Of a stretch of 64,000 nucleotides of DNA, positions 27,881 to 40,609 are shown piece by piece; the first letter of the stretch is position 1; the number at the start of each line of letters is the position of its first letter. The notes beneath the pieces were generated by a model. It made no database searches, had not been told where the DNA came from, and saw only the letters and a program-made list of their open reading frames with translations. Both the position numbers and the translations under genes were made by a program. This stretch comes from Octopus vulgaris (Eukaryota). The stretch lies in contig OX597827.1 of the NCBI GenBank assembly GCA_951406725.2, positions 2,294,001-2,358,000 on the forward strand, read 5' to 3'.

Positions 27881-27941
27881 TCACTGCCTGGAAACGAACT
27901 CGGAATCTTGGGGTTAGTAGCCCGGGCTTTTAACCACTACA
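27638..27941 (-). mobile_element. SINE-like element: tRNA-like head + (AAT)n/(GAT)n + hammerhead-bearing body
   Basis: Minus-strand head GTAGTGGTTAAAAGCCCGGGCTACTAACCCCAAGATTCCGAGTTCGTTTCCAGGC (A/B-box-like) at 27941-27877, microsatellite 27789-27876, HHR 27693-27736, TGTAAA-like tail. Confidence 0.6.
27693..27736 (-). ncRNA. Degenerate minimal hammerhead motif inside a tRNA-headed element
   Basis: Minus strand reads ACAC CCGATGA A tGCTa gagggtatat cAGCc GAAAC GTT GTGC: one core change (U4C), AACGTT palindrome, stem I CAC/GTG. Confidence 0.65.
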
Positions 27942-27954
27942 CTTTCTGTAGAGA

Positions 27955-28153
27955 TTTAATCCAAACACGAAAACACAAAGAGAAAACAGAATAACGCGAG
28001 GACATGGAAGAAGTACAGTGTTATTGGATGTTCATGAAAGGAAAGAAAGAAGAAGGATTTAACGTTTCGAGCGGAGTTCTTCGTCAGAAACATAGGAAAA
28101 GGAAGGGAAAACAGAGGGGGAAAAATCACCAACGATCCACACGCGGCCACATA
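27955..28153 (-). mobile_element. Small hammerhead-bearing repeat, probable PLE terminal-repeat remnant
   Basis: Contains the HHR at 28057-28091 and ends at (TA)n. Its first ~80 bp align with 6413-6492. Confidence 0.6.
28057..28091 (-). ncRNA. Minimal type I hammerhead motif
   Basis: Minus strand reads GTTT CTGACGA A GAAC tcc GCTC GAAAC GTT AAAT: intact core, palindromic AACGTT stem III, one mismatch in stem II. Confidence 0.75.
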
Positions 28154-28338
28154 ATATATATATATATATAGGCGCAGGAGTGGCAGTGTGGTAGTAGCTT
28201 GCTTCCCAACCACATGGTTCTGGATTCAGTCCCACTACATGGCATTTTGGGCAAGTGTCTTCTACTATAGCCTCGGGCCGACTAAAGCCTTGTGAGTGGA
28301 TTTAGTAGACGGAAACTGAAAAAAGCCCGTTGTAAATA

Positions 28339-28406
<68 letters not shown>

Positions 28407-28407
28407 G

Positions 28408-28678
28408 TGGGCAGCGGACTCGCGGTTGCATGATCGCGGTTTCGATTCCCTGGCCGGGTGTTGTGTGTGCTTATTGAGCGAAAACACCTAAGGTTCCACG
28501 AGGCTCCGGCAGGTGGTGGTGGCGTACTCTTTCGCCGCAACTTCTCTCACTCTTTCTTCTGTTGGCCTGCTCGCTTAGCCAGCGGGGTGGCGTCATATGA
28601 AGGCTAAAACAATGCGAAGCGCATTGTGACCAGCGATGAGTAGCAACATCTGATAGCGTGATCGGTCACGTGATCACG

Positions 28679-28682
<4 letters not shown>
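28408..28682 (+). mobile_element. Family C head with an alternative 3' tail
   Basis: Matches family C up to CTCTCACTCT, then an unrelated tail ending GGTCACGTGATCACGCGAT. Confidence 0.8.
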
Positions 28683-28723
<41 letters not shown>

Positions 28724-29227
28724 CATACAGAGACAAACAGGTGGAGAGACATTAAGAGAGGGAGGGGAGCGAACTATATAGCTATATACGTTACAAAGTA
28801 ATTGTTGGAACAAATTATTTGACCGGAAATATTTGATTGGCAGGTTAGGCGATAGGGAGGAGACTTGGAGATTATAAGTGAGAGGGTTAGCGAAGATTGC
28901 TACAATATGCTTGTGTGTACGTGTGTGAGAATGAGAGAAAGAGTGAAAGAGAGAAAGAGAGAGAAAGAGAAAAGAAAAGACAGATGTGAGGATAATTAGG
29001 GTAAGTAGTTTGAGGGTAGGTAATTACGGAGGCTGGTTGACCGGTCGGTCACTTGTTTCACTGGGAGGTTGGGTGTGGTCTAACTGAAATATAGATGCCG
29101 AGAAAATTGGGGACGGAATGCTGTTGTTGTTATTGCTGTCGTTGTTGATGATTTTAATATTTTTGTTGTTGCTGTTGTCGTTGTCATTGTTGTTTGTGTT
29201 GCTGCCGTTATTCCAGCTACACTATGC

Positions 29228-29267
29228 TTCCCTGAGGAAGTCTCATTATACCGAAACATGGCCGGAA
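29228..29267 (+). ncRNA. Possible decayed minimal hammerhead
   Basis: TTCC CTGAGGA agtctcattatacc GAAAC atg GCC GGAA: stem I and core boxes are present, but the triplet is GCC (not NUH) and stem II is poor. Confidence 0.35.
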
Positions 29268-29280
29268 TTGTCACATATAC

Positions 29281-29512
29281 CTATTTCTTTACTACCCACA
29301 AGGGGCTAAATACAGAGGGGACAAACAAGGACAAACAAACGGATTAAGTCGATTACATCGACCCCAGTACGTAACTGGTACTTATTTAATCGACCCCGAA
29401 AGGTTGAAAGGCAAAGTCGACCTCGGCGGAATTTGAACTCAGAACGTAACGACCGATGAAATACTGCTAAGCATTTCGCCTGACGTGCTAACGGTTCCGC
29501 CAGCTTGCCGCC
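29281..29512 (-). mobile_element. Family A SINE, full length
   Basis: Reverse complement of the 14776 unit. Confidence 0.9.
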
Positions 29513-29558
29513 TGGTTTAGATTTAACTCCTTACTACATTCCCTATCTACTTTTAATA

Positions 29559-29759
29559 TATCGCGTTTGGTGGTATAAATATCGCATGGGTATATTAGAT
29601 GCACCCCATTTCAGCCGCGCATGTTGAAGGAAAGAAGTTTTTAGTGCACTAAAGCATGTAATATTTAAAACAACCTCGCATTGGAGATCTGGTCGGATGG
29701 ATTTTTGGAGACTTTTTGAGTAAGGAAAAAAAGCTCAATTTGTACCATCAAATACAGTA
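29559..29759. mobile_element. Old pogo/Tc2-like MITE
   Basis: Degenerate TIRs TATCGCGTTTGGTGGTATAAAT / ATTTGTACCATCAAATACAGTA; interior similar to 46725-47060 reversed. Confidence 0.55.
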
Positions 29760-30244
29760 ATTTAAATTCCAAGATTAACTCTCCATCCTACCTATTTTAA
29801 CTATAGTTGATCATTAATACATTTTTTGATTCGTCTCTTATGTTATAATTTTCTCTAAGTAAACTCACGTGGTTTTCTACATTAAATAAATTAGTACCGA
29901 CTTTACTAAATGCCATTAGATACCCCGTCTCCTTGCTGTTACCTCGCCACCAACCCACTAACAATCAACTACATCAACATCATTACTATGACTATTATCC
30001 TCGTTGAACGTCTCGCAGGCTCCTCCGTACAAGTTTGTGAACGTAGGCGAATATAAATATGCAAAGGTCACTTTGAAGATATGAAAACTTTCTAATACTC
30101 ATAATATATAGTTTAAAGACGCGCGAATTAAGGAGGAATAGGAATAAGAGCCGCAGGTTTTAGAGATTTGTTGAGATAAATGAGCAAGAAAGGAAAGAAA
30201 GAAAGAAAGAGAGATAAAGAGAGAGAACACGGCACTTGTAAATG

Positions 30245-30530
30245 AAAGAGAACAGTATTAAAGAGACATTAGTATTGTACTCAGGACAGAACTAAACGCT
30301 AAGAACAAAGTAACTGATATTAATACATTAGCAGCGCCCGGTTAGTTATAAGCAAGAAATTTAATGCAATAAATTGGTAGGCGAACGAATGAATAATGAT
30401 AAGCTAGAAGAGGCAATAGAATTAATAAATGGATTTAGACTACACCGCCCCATAACGGACAAATGGGAGACTACATCTACCACGGTCAGACGACAGAAAG
30501 GATTGACTCCATATTACAATTAGAAAGCCA
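30245..30530 (+). mobile_element. Decayed RLE-type non-LTR (R4/Dong-like) RT thumb remnant
   Basis: Pieced frames: IVLRTELNAKNKVTDINTLAAP / VISKKFNAINW / FRLHRPITD / RLHLPRSDDRK, compared with the recalled pattern ILKSELNAKNK..AINTLAVP..NW..HHPKAD..RLYLPR..GGRGL. Confidence 0.7.
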
Positions 30531-30700
30531 CAATAAAATAAATATTATATGTTCAGATAAATATAGAGCAGAAAAACAGGAGGAGAGTAATTCGAATGAA
30601 GATGACGAGAGAATGTTCTGTATTTTCAAAGGAACTGGTAAATACAACGAAGGAGACGATAAGTATGGAGGTTGGATATAGGAAAAGAGAGAGGAGCTAA

Positions 30701-30758
<58 letters not shown>

Positions 30759-31452
30759 CTTTTTTTAATGGATAAAAATTTGGAAAAGAATATGCTAAAT
30801 ACTTGATGTGAAATGTCATTTCATAATCACTAGAATGTCATGGTTTAAAAACCAAACGTAAACCTTCAATAATCCCAGGATTGGCTTCAGAGCTTAGGCT
30901 TAAAACCTGAGACTGGATGTCTTCTTATAGCAATGAAGATCCGACCTATATGTCTGCGAAAAACTACTTAAAAATCGTCATGTAAAAAAAAAAAAATGAA
31001 ACATAAAAATGTTAACATGAAAACTGGAAGGGAATAGTAAGTGCAGACATAATAATGAGTTAAAATGAAGAAGAGTAAAGCTCGAGTATTTAAACATGGC
31101 TGGTGAAGTCAAAACGTAGGTATAAACTAAAAGTAATATGAATAAAAACTAAACTGAAGATCAAATGAACGATGCGTGTGTTCAGTTGTCCCCGCCAAGA
31201 AAATAAAAATGACTATTCCCAAGTACAACAATATTTGTTTCAACACACGATTTCACACAAAGAATCTTGTAAAACAAATATGTAGACGAAATTTCAACAA
31301 CTTCTTTTTATACAATTCCTAATAATATTTAATTATGAAAATACTAGCTGACGTACCAGGTAATTCCCGGGAAAGTGGGGCTTAACCCTTGGTTCTGTTC
31401 TCATAATTGTTTCGCTAATCCAATAACAACAATACATATACATATATATATG

Positions 31453-31574
<122 letters not shown>

Positions 31575-31581
31575 ATATATA

Positions 31582-31826
31582 CAGGGTTGGCCAAAAGTCA
31601 TCTGATAGTAAATGAAATCCCATTCAATTCCAAGATTAAAACAAAAAGTTATTTTATATGAGACTTCATTAATAAGTAGACAGGTGTAAAAACAATAAAG
31701 CAAACGTTGACCTTAACTAACAGCATTCAATTATTAAACATTCGTAATTGGAATGAATAAATAAAATTGAGTATTAAGTATTTATGGAACGTTGATTTAC
31801 TGTCGGTTGACTTGAGGCCAACACTG
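31582..31826. mobile_element. Tc1/mariner-type MITE
   Basis: TA|CAGGGTTGGCCAAAAGTCATCTGATAGTAAAT ... ATTTACTGTCGGTTGACTTGAGGCCAACACTG; sits in a TA/TG tract. Confidence 0.8.
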
Positions 31827-31893
31827 TGTGTGTATATATATATATGTATGTATATATATATACACACACATGTATATATATATATATACATAC

Positions 31894-31934
<41 letters not shown>

Positions 31935-32026
31935 TCTCTCTCTCTCTCTCCCTCTCTTTCCGACTAATACACCTGCTTGTTGTCCATGCACCTGTCTTCG
32001 TCTTTTGTTTCTGTATAAATTTCAAC

Positions 32027-32070
<44 letters not shown>

Positions 32071-32094
32071 TGCGTGTGTGTGTTTGTGTGAGTG

Positions 32095-32135
<41 letters not shown>

Positions 32136-32824
32136 CGTTAATCAAAAATATTGAATGAGAATCACAATACACTGAATATTCTTAATAAGTTGCTCTTGGT
32201 GGGGAAAATATCTAAAACATTAAAGCATACAGATATTTAATAAGAGCAATTATATATTATATTATAAAATAGGTGCAGGAAAATACATTTAAAATAATCA
32301 TCACAGAAGATATAAATCCACAATTGTATATTGTATTAATATATAAAATATGATTATTTAAGAGGTTTTAAAATTTTATATATCAAGTGGAACAACACCA
32401 ATAACACCAATAACACCAATAAGATTTTGGTCCTTGAGTGGTAACAGTTATTTCCTATTTGCTTATCTCTAGAAAGCATGAAAAATGGCTGATGTTGTCT
32501 TCAAACTTTGTTTTGTTACGATATTTATTCAAACCCCCAAAGAATCCCTCTCAACCCATGGCTATGGTGCTGTTCCACTACTCCTGCTCATGATCAGAGA
32601 TGCACATATTGTCAACCACTAAGAGACATGCTCAAGTGGTTATGGTCAAGCAAATGACAAGCAAATCTATGGTATTCAGCTGAATGTTTGCTAGAACGGT
32701 TTTTCTGTTTCAACAACTCAGCGCTAAATCTGTCTTAAATTATAATGGGAAACAGGTCAGTCTCTAAACATTGATGTCCAGGTCACAAATGCAAAACTTG
32801 AAGGGAATAGCAGTCATTCTCTTT

Positions 32825-33148
32825 GAATGGAGAGCACCACCTTTAGTCGAGCAAATCGACCCCAGGACTTATTCTTTCTAAGCCTAGTACTTATTTTATC
32901 GGACTCTTTTGCCAAACTGTTAAGTGACGGAGACGTAAACACGCCAATATCGGTTGTCAAGCGATGGGGAGGGGGAATAAACATGGACACACGAACGCAC
33001 ACACACACACATATATACAACGGGCTTCTTTCAGTTTCCGTCTACCAAATCTACTCTCAGAACTTTGGTCGACCCAAGACTACAGCAGAATAGACTTTCT
33101 GAAGGTGCCACGCAGTGGCACTGAATCCGGAACCATGTGGTTGGGAAG
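32825..33148 (-). mobile_element. Family B SINE
   Basis: Reverse-complement match to 52321-52731. Confidence 0.88.
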
Positions 33149-33565
33149 CAATAATAATAATAATAATAATAATAAAACAATAAATAATATCAGTAATAAT
33201 AAAGTGGGTTGTTTAAGAAAACATTCATTATTTTGTCGAAAAGTTATATCAGATTTTATATGCACAGAGAGGGAGATTTTATCAACTAATTACTTTGATA
33301 ATCTTAGTTGATCGAAGCCTTTCAAGACTCACACTATTACATATACGAAACCTCACTATTTGTGCCATCAAAAGTTATACTGAGGAAAATTTTTTCACGA
33401 ATTTTATAAAGTTTTGAGATTTTACTATAGCTTATTACCTGAAATATTTGACGGTTCCTCACATGACCAAGTTGCCTAGATTTCATTAAACCCAGAGGGA
33501 GATCTTGACAACTAATTACTTGGATTATTTTAGTTAATTGACGCTTTTCAAAATTCACAATATTC

Positions 33566-33993
33566 TTTTCTATTCCAGGCACAAGACCCGAAGATTTTTG
33601 AGGACGGGGCCCGTCGATTAGATCGACCCCAATACGCAACTGGTACTTAATTTATTGACCCCGAAAGGATGAAAGGCAAATTTATCGGGGTCGATCTCGG
33701 CGGAATTTGAATTCAGAACTTAAAGATAGACGAAATACCGCTAAACATTTCGCACGGCGTGCTAACGTTTTTTCTTTCTTTATTGCCCACAAGGGACAAA
33801 AATAGAGGGGACAAACAGATGGATTAAGTCGATTACATCGATCCCCGGTGCGTAAATGGTATTTAATTTATTGACCCCGAAAGGATGAAAGGCAAAGTCG
33901 ACCTCGGCGGAATTTGAACTCAGAACATGACGGCAGACGAAATACCGGTAAGCATTTTGCCCGGCGTGCTAACATTTCTGCCAGATCGCCGCC
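33566..33993 (-). mobile_element. Family A SINE dimer with probable TSD
   Basis: Two units; flanks TTTCAAAATTCACAATATT / TTTCAAGCTTCACACTATT. Confidence 0.9.
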
Positions 33994-35460
33994 TTTCAAG
34001 CTTCACACTATTACAACCTATATAAGACCAACCGTTTATGCCTGCAAAAGTTTATTCCGAAGAAGGCATTTCCCAAGAATCCAATAAGCTTCGTTTTGAG
34101 ACTGTCCAAGTAGCTTTTTGCAACAGGAAAATTTCGGCGGTTCCTGACTGGGAATGAATATATATATTTAATTATTGTTCAAGGGCCAAGGTCAAAGTAT
34201 GGTAGGAAAAAAGAAGAAAGGAAAAAGGTGAAAAGTAAAGAGGAAAAGACAGGAAAATATCAGCCACTTAAACTGTCGGATTGAGCAAAAAAAAACAAAA
34301 AAAAAACAACAACAATAATAATAATGATAATAATAATAATATTAATAATAATAATAAAACAATAAATAATATCAGTAATAATAAAGTGGGTTATTTAAGA
34401 AAACATTCATTATTTTGTCGAAAAGTTATATCTTTATTTAATTATTTGTGTTTGTTTTTGTTTTAATTGGAATTTAGCCAAACCAAATGCCAATAAAGAT
34501 CACTAGGGAAACAAGAGAAACTGCAAATGGGAGAGAGAGGGCAGAGAGAGAGAGGGAAGAGAGAGAGAGAGAATGTGTGCGTTTGTGTGTGTGAGAGAGA
34601 GAGAGAGAAAGAGAGAGTGAGAGAGAGAGAGAGAGAATTTCGAGTGTGTGAAAAAGAATGAAGAAGAGTAATGAAAAAAGAAGTATTTTGTTAGCGGTAA
34701 AACTAATTCTGAGAGTCAATATTCTTGTTTAGCTTATTATATATGGTATTCCAAGATTAATATTTATTTGTTTGTTTGTTTGTTTATTTATTTATCTATC
34801 TATTTATTTATTTATTTATTTATTTATTTACTTATTTACTCCTTATACACGACGAACGCGTGATAAATACAGTCAATTGTTTGACCTTTTGTGATCAGAG
34901 GTATCCATCAATGTGCTGGATTTCGCTCTATTGACCTCTGAATAAGTGAGTGAGTGAGAGAGTGAGTGGGTGGGTGAGTGAGTGAGTGAGTTAAAAAGAG
35001 AGGAAGGATCGAAAGTGGGTTGTGATTTTCAGGGCATTTCAACAATGCGGAATTTTGGCACAGGGAACATTCAAGAAGACCTACAACCGGGAATTGAAAC
35101 AAAATCAGAGACTCTAGTTTACCGTCAGCTTCCCAAGTGTTCAGTGAAGTCATACATAATATATGCAAGCACGCACGCACAAACACACACACACACATGC
35201 ACAGACACACACATACACACACACTCACGCACACACACATAGCAAGAAGCTTGGAATAGCCATGCGTTGCATCAATTGCCTTTTGAAGGAATTAATAATT
35301 GTATTCTTTTACATATTTTGAGTATTGATATTTCCCATTTGCAAATCTGAATAACTTGTGGTGTGTATGTGTGTATCTCACGTGGCACCTTGGGTAGCGT
35401 CTTCTGCTAAAGCCTCGGACATACCAGAGCTTTGTGAGTGGATTTCATAGACGGAAACTG

Positions 35461-36118
35461 TACGTATATATGCATGCATGTATGTATGTATGTATGTATG
35501 TATGTATGTATGTATGTATGTATGTATGTATGTATGCATGTATGTATGCGTATATGTATGTATGTATGTATGCATGTATGCATGTATGTATGTATGTATG
35601 TATGTATGTATGTATGTATGTATGTATGCAAGTATGTATGTATGTATGTATGTATGTATGTATGTATGTATGTATGTATGCATGTATGTATGTATGTATG
35701 TATGTATGTATGTATGTATGTATGTATGTATGTATGTATGTATGTATGTATGTATGTATGTATGTATGTATGTATGTATGTATGTATGTATGTATGTATG
35801 TATGTATGTATGTATGTATGTATGTATGTATGTATGTATGCATGCATGTATGTATGTATGTATGTGTATGTATGTATGTATGTATGTATGTGTGTATGTA
35901 TGTATGTATGTATGTATGTATGTATGCAAGTATGTATGTACGTATGTATGTTTGTATGTATGTATGTATGTATGTATGTATGTATGTACGTACGTATGTA
36001 TGTATGTATGTATGTATGTATGTATGTATGTATGTGTGTGTGTATGTATGTATGCATGTATGTATGTATGTATGTATGTATGTATGTATGTATGTATATA
36101 TATATATATATATATATA
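35461..36118. repeat. Long (TATG)n microsatellite at the family B internal position
   Basis: Begins right after GACGGAAACTG of a B fragment. Confidence 0.97.
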
Positions 36119-36330
36119 GTACAAAGTAAGATAAGGGTTATGAATGTAACCCACTATGGGATATCAGTTATCCAATATACTGCTGGTGAAGTACCCAAAT
36201 ACTAAATACATAAATGCTTTTAATTGCAATAATAAAATTGATATACAAAACATGCTTCACTTATTATCCAATACAAATAAATAAAATAAATAATAAGACA
36301 AATATCCAAGATACATATATACACACACAC

Positions 36331-36377
<47 letters not shown>

Positions 36378-36394
36378 TTACATATATATATACT

Positions 36395-36482
<88 letters not shown>

Positions 36483-36739
36483 AACACATATATACATATA
36501 AAAATATACAAATATACATACTTATACATACATAGGCAAATCGTACATACTATTCACATGCGCAAAATACATAAATAACAACATTGAACAATATATTATA
36601 TTACATTGGGTATATCGTGCGTCGTATAGTCAAATAAATGCATTCTAATGTATATACACTACCACGTTTAATAGTACCAACAGTACATATATATATATAC
36701 ATATATATGTATGTGTGTATGTGTGTATGTATGTGCATA

Positions 36740-37180
36740 AGGAGTGGCTGCGTGGTAAGAAGCTTACTTCCCAACCACATGCTTCTGGGTTCAGTCACAC
36801 TTCGTGGAATCTTGGGCAAGTGTGTTCTACTATAGCCTCGCGCCGACCAAAGCCTTGTGAGTGGAATTGTTTGACGGAAAACTGGAAGAAGCTTGCCGTA
36901 TACGTATATGTGTGCATGTGTGTGTGTGTGTGTGTGTGCGTGTATGTGTATATATGTATTTTGTGTATCTGTGTTTGTCCCGTTACCATCGCCTCACAAC
37001 CGATGTTGGCGTGTTTACGTCCCCGTAGCTTAGCGGCTCAGTAAAAAAGACCACCGATAGAATAAGTACTAGGCTAACAAAGAATAAGTCCTGGGGTCAA
37101 TCTATCCCCCTAAAATCAGTACTCTAGCATGGCCGCAGTCAGACGATTGAAATAGGTAAAAGAATAAAAGAATAAAAGAA
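36740..37180 (+). mobile_element. Family B SINE, near full length
   Basis: Same layout; tail AAAAGAATAAAAGAATAAAAGAA. Confidence 0.9.
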
Positions 37181-37600
37181 TATATATATATATTGTAATG
37201 AATGCGAAAACTAATTTCTGAGAGTCAGTGTTTCACACTTCGACCTCCTCTCTTACTGCTCATTAACATTTCTACTATTGCTCATGCTGGGGTGAGAGTA
37301 ATAGTTGTAGGCATAGACATGGTGAAGGCGGTGGTGAAGACAGATAGAGAGAGAGAGAGAGAGAAAGAAAAATAGAGCGAGAGAAATAGGGACTGAACAC
37401 TGGACCAACATACTGAACGAACATACTGAATACACACATTTAGCCTTTTTGTGATGGTAAAGGGGTGATAGTATGAGGTGTAGTTATAATAGAGGCGGAA
37501 GCGGTGCTGGTGATAAAGTTTAACATATACTCAATGCATGAAGTGTCATTGTTGGGCCCAAGGCCTAATGAAGAACCCTCTATCTGTTTGTCTGTCTGTC

Positions 37601-37669
<69 letters not shown>

Positions 37670-37979
37670 CATTCATCCCTACTATCCCTCACATCACTAC
37701 GTGGTCAGCTGATCCACTAAACAGAAGCTAAATCATCCTACAGGTGGCACTGCAACTAATCGCCCCCACCCCATATAAATCCGATGCTCGAACGACCTCA
37801 CCAAACTACACCAACTTGTAGGCTAAATGATAATGTTTTGTAGCAATTAGCCTCTTGCCTCCTAATACTAGGACTAAAGAAGAATGTAGAATATTATAGC
37901 ACCCCCGTGTATCTGTCGGGTGCATATTTTATCAGCCTCCAAACGATTAACAAGTATATAATAACAATGATAATGATAA

Positions 37980-38159
37980 TACTTTCTACTAAAGACAAAG
38001 GCCTGAAATTCCAGTGTGTCACTGGTACTTAATTTATCGAAGCGAAAAGATGCAAAGCAATGTCGACGTGGAAGGAATTTGAACTCAGAACGTAAAGACA
38101 GACGAAATGCTCTTAGCATTTTGCCTGGTGCGCTAACGATTCTGACATTTCGCCGCTTC

Positions 38160-38203
<44 letters not shown>

Positions 38204-38219
38204 TAACAATAACAATAGC

Positions 38220-38263
<44 letters not shown>

Positions 38264-38279
38264 TATCAATAACAATAGC

Positions 38280-38332
<53 letters not shown>

Positions 38333-38354
38333 TAACAATAACAATAATAATAAC

Positions 38355-38419
<65 letters not shown>

Positions 38420-38635
38420 TAACAATAAGAATAACAATAGCAATAATAATAATTTTTGGGGAAGGAACCAGTCGATTAGATCGACCCAGTATGCAACTGG
38501 TACTTAATTTACTGACTCCGAAAAAATGGACGGCAAAGTCGACCTCGGTGGAGTTTGAACTCATAATGTTAGGACGGACGAAATACTGGAAAGCATTTTG
38601 CCCGGGGTGCGAACGTTTCTGCCAGCTCGCCGCCT
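37980..38635 (-). mobile_element. Two family A SINEs separated by a ~300-bp (AAT/AAC)n array
   Basis: Units at 37980-38157 and 38453-38635. Confidence 0.85.
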
Positions 38636-38666
38636 CAATGATAATGATAACAATAATAATAATAAT

Positions 38667-38708
<42 letters not shown>

Positions 38709-39424
38709 AATGATAATAATAATAAGTTAAACGCAATCTTGCATGGATTCGAAATCGTAAAGTACAATAATGCAAAGTAATATTTTCACTGGTTTACCAA
38801 TTCTGCCGATCCATTAGTCTTTTGGGAATAAATAATCGTAAAATAATAATAATGGGGTGTGAACCCGCGAACTACAGTGAACTGGGAGATAGTTAAATAC
38901 TATAGCCATTCAGCCAATTCATATCCATTCTCGTATTAATTGGCGAAGGAAATGCAATTGTGTAACGAAGCACAAAGAAACGAAGCAAGCAAATGAAAAC
39001 AAGAAGAACAAGAAGAACAAAAGCAGAGAAAGAAAGAGAGGTGGGAAAGAGCGGAGAGTCTCCAAACTACATCCCTTGCTTTACGCCCAAATGCTTTTCC
39101 GATTAAACTTCCTGTCTGCTTACCAATTTCCGGTGTCTTTGATCACCTTATAAGCTTAAACACGTGACATGTACAAAGCATTTTCTCTACTTTTGTCAGA
39201 ACGAGGACACAGGGAGCTAACTGAGTGTTATCCCATTAATTCCATTTCGTGTGTACATACGGACATACATACCTGCCTACCTTGGCTCAAGGGTGTGTGT
39301 TTCTGTGTGTTTATATGTCCGTGCGTGTCGATATGTTTCTCTGCCTGTGCGTATGTCTATGCATGTGAACAATGAATGCATGTTTCATCACGCCCCCCCA
39401 CACACACACATGCATATATATCTA

Positions 39425-39480
<56 letters not shown>

Positions 39481-40067
39481 AATATATATGTGAGTGTATG
39501 AGTATTTACGTGAATATGGCTTTTCATCAATACGTATTAATTAATAAAGGTGCAGATCTCTTAGCGGCGTAGTATTGTTGGAAAAATCGTTTCCACTAAA
39601 TTTTTGTCCATCATCATATTGTGTTCATTATCTTAATTCTTCCTTACGCAGTTTATGTATGCAGGCGCGCGCATACGTGTGTGTGTGTGTGCGTGTATGT
39701 ATGTATGTATGTATGTATGTATGTATGTGTGTATGTGTGTATGCATGTATGCATGTATGCTTGTATGTATGTATGTATGTATGTATGTATGTATGTATGT
39801 ATGTATGTATGCATGCATGTATATATATATATATATATAGAAACGTGGAGTAGATGAAACAAAGGCGACTGAAGAAGGGGGATTTTCCTTGTTTTGTATG
39901 TCTTGTACTCTATTTTTTCGTTGTCTTAAAAAAATGTCCATTTCCTTGGTTTTGTGTTTATGTTCGACATTTTTTTGGTGTCCTGTACCCATATATGCAT
40001 ATATATATACATGTAGAGGTAGGTGCGTATATACATGTATGTATATATGCATATGTTTTATTTATTA

Positions 40068-40111
<44 letters not shown>

Positions 40112-40113
<2 letters not shown>

Positions 40114-40356
40114 GGAAGAAGGTTTGAAAATGCAATTTAAAAGATGTTTATTTACTTAACCGGTTTCACTCTTTGGAAAAAGATTGTCAAAAGTAACATG
40201 TAGAAGTTTGTAGGACCAAACTTCTACATGTTACTTTTGACAATCTTTTTCCAAAGAGTGAAACCGGTAAAGTAAATAAACATCTTTTAAATTGCATTTT
40301 CCAACATTCTTTCGTTTATAATTCCACTCGTGCGGTACCCCACAACTCCACTTTGT
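40112..40356. repeat. Foldback element with 99-bp arms, 6-nt loop and one-sided extension
   Basis: 40112-40210 is the reverse complement of 40217-40315 with about 4 mismatches; (TA)n on both flanks. Confidence 0.95.
40231..40275 (+). ncRNA. Hammerhead-like motif with U3-A8 core (mirror copy on the minus strand at about 40152-40196)
   Basis: TTACTT TTGACAA TCTTT ttcc AAAGA gt GAAAC CG GTA AAGTAA: 6-bp stem I, 5-bp stem II, ACCGGT palindrome. Confidence 0.65.
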
Positions 40357-40403
40357 TATATATATATATTTATATATATATGCATATATATATATATATA
40401 TAT

Positions 40404-40590
40404 TCTTTTATTCTTTTACTTCTTTCAGTCAATTTTTACTCCAGCCATGCTGGAGAACAGCCTTTTATTTGAAGAAATCGACCCCTAGACTTATTCTTTG
40501 TAAGCTAGGTACTTATTCTATCCTTGTCTTTTGCCGAACCGCTAAGTTACCGGGACGTAAACACACCAACATCGCCTGTCAAGCAATGTG
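40404..40590 (-). mobile_element. Family B SINE 3' half
   Basis: GCCATGCTGGAG...ACTTATTCTTTGTAAGC...GGGACGTAAACACACCAAC. Other 3' halves at 17005-17165(-), 41880-42070(+) and 42170-42360(+). Confidence 0.8.
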
Positions 40591-40609
40591 TGTGTATGTA
40601 TTTTTAAAG

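Noticed and set aside
39840-39990. CTGAAGA plus hairpin in a TA-flanked insert
   Set aside because: GAAAC lies upstream without consistent stems; probably a repeat fragment but not assignable.
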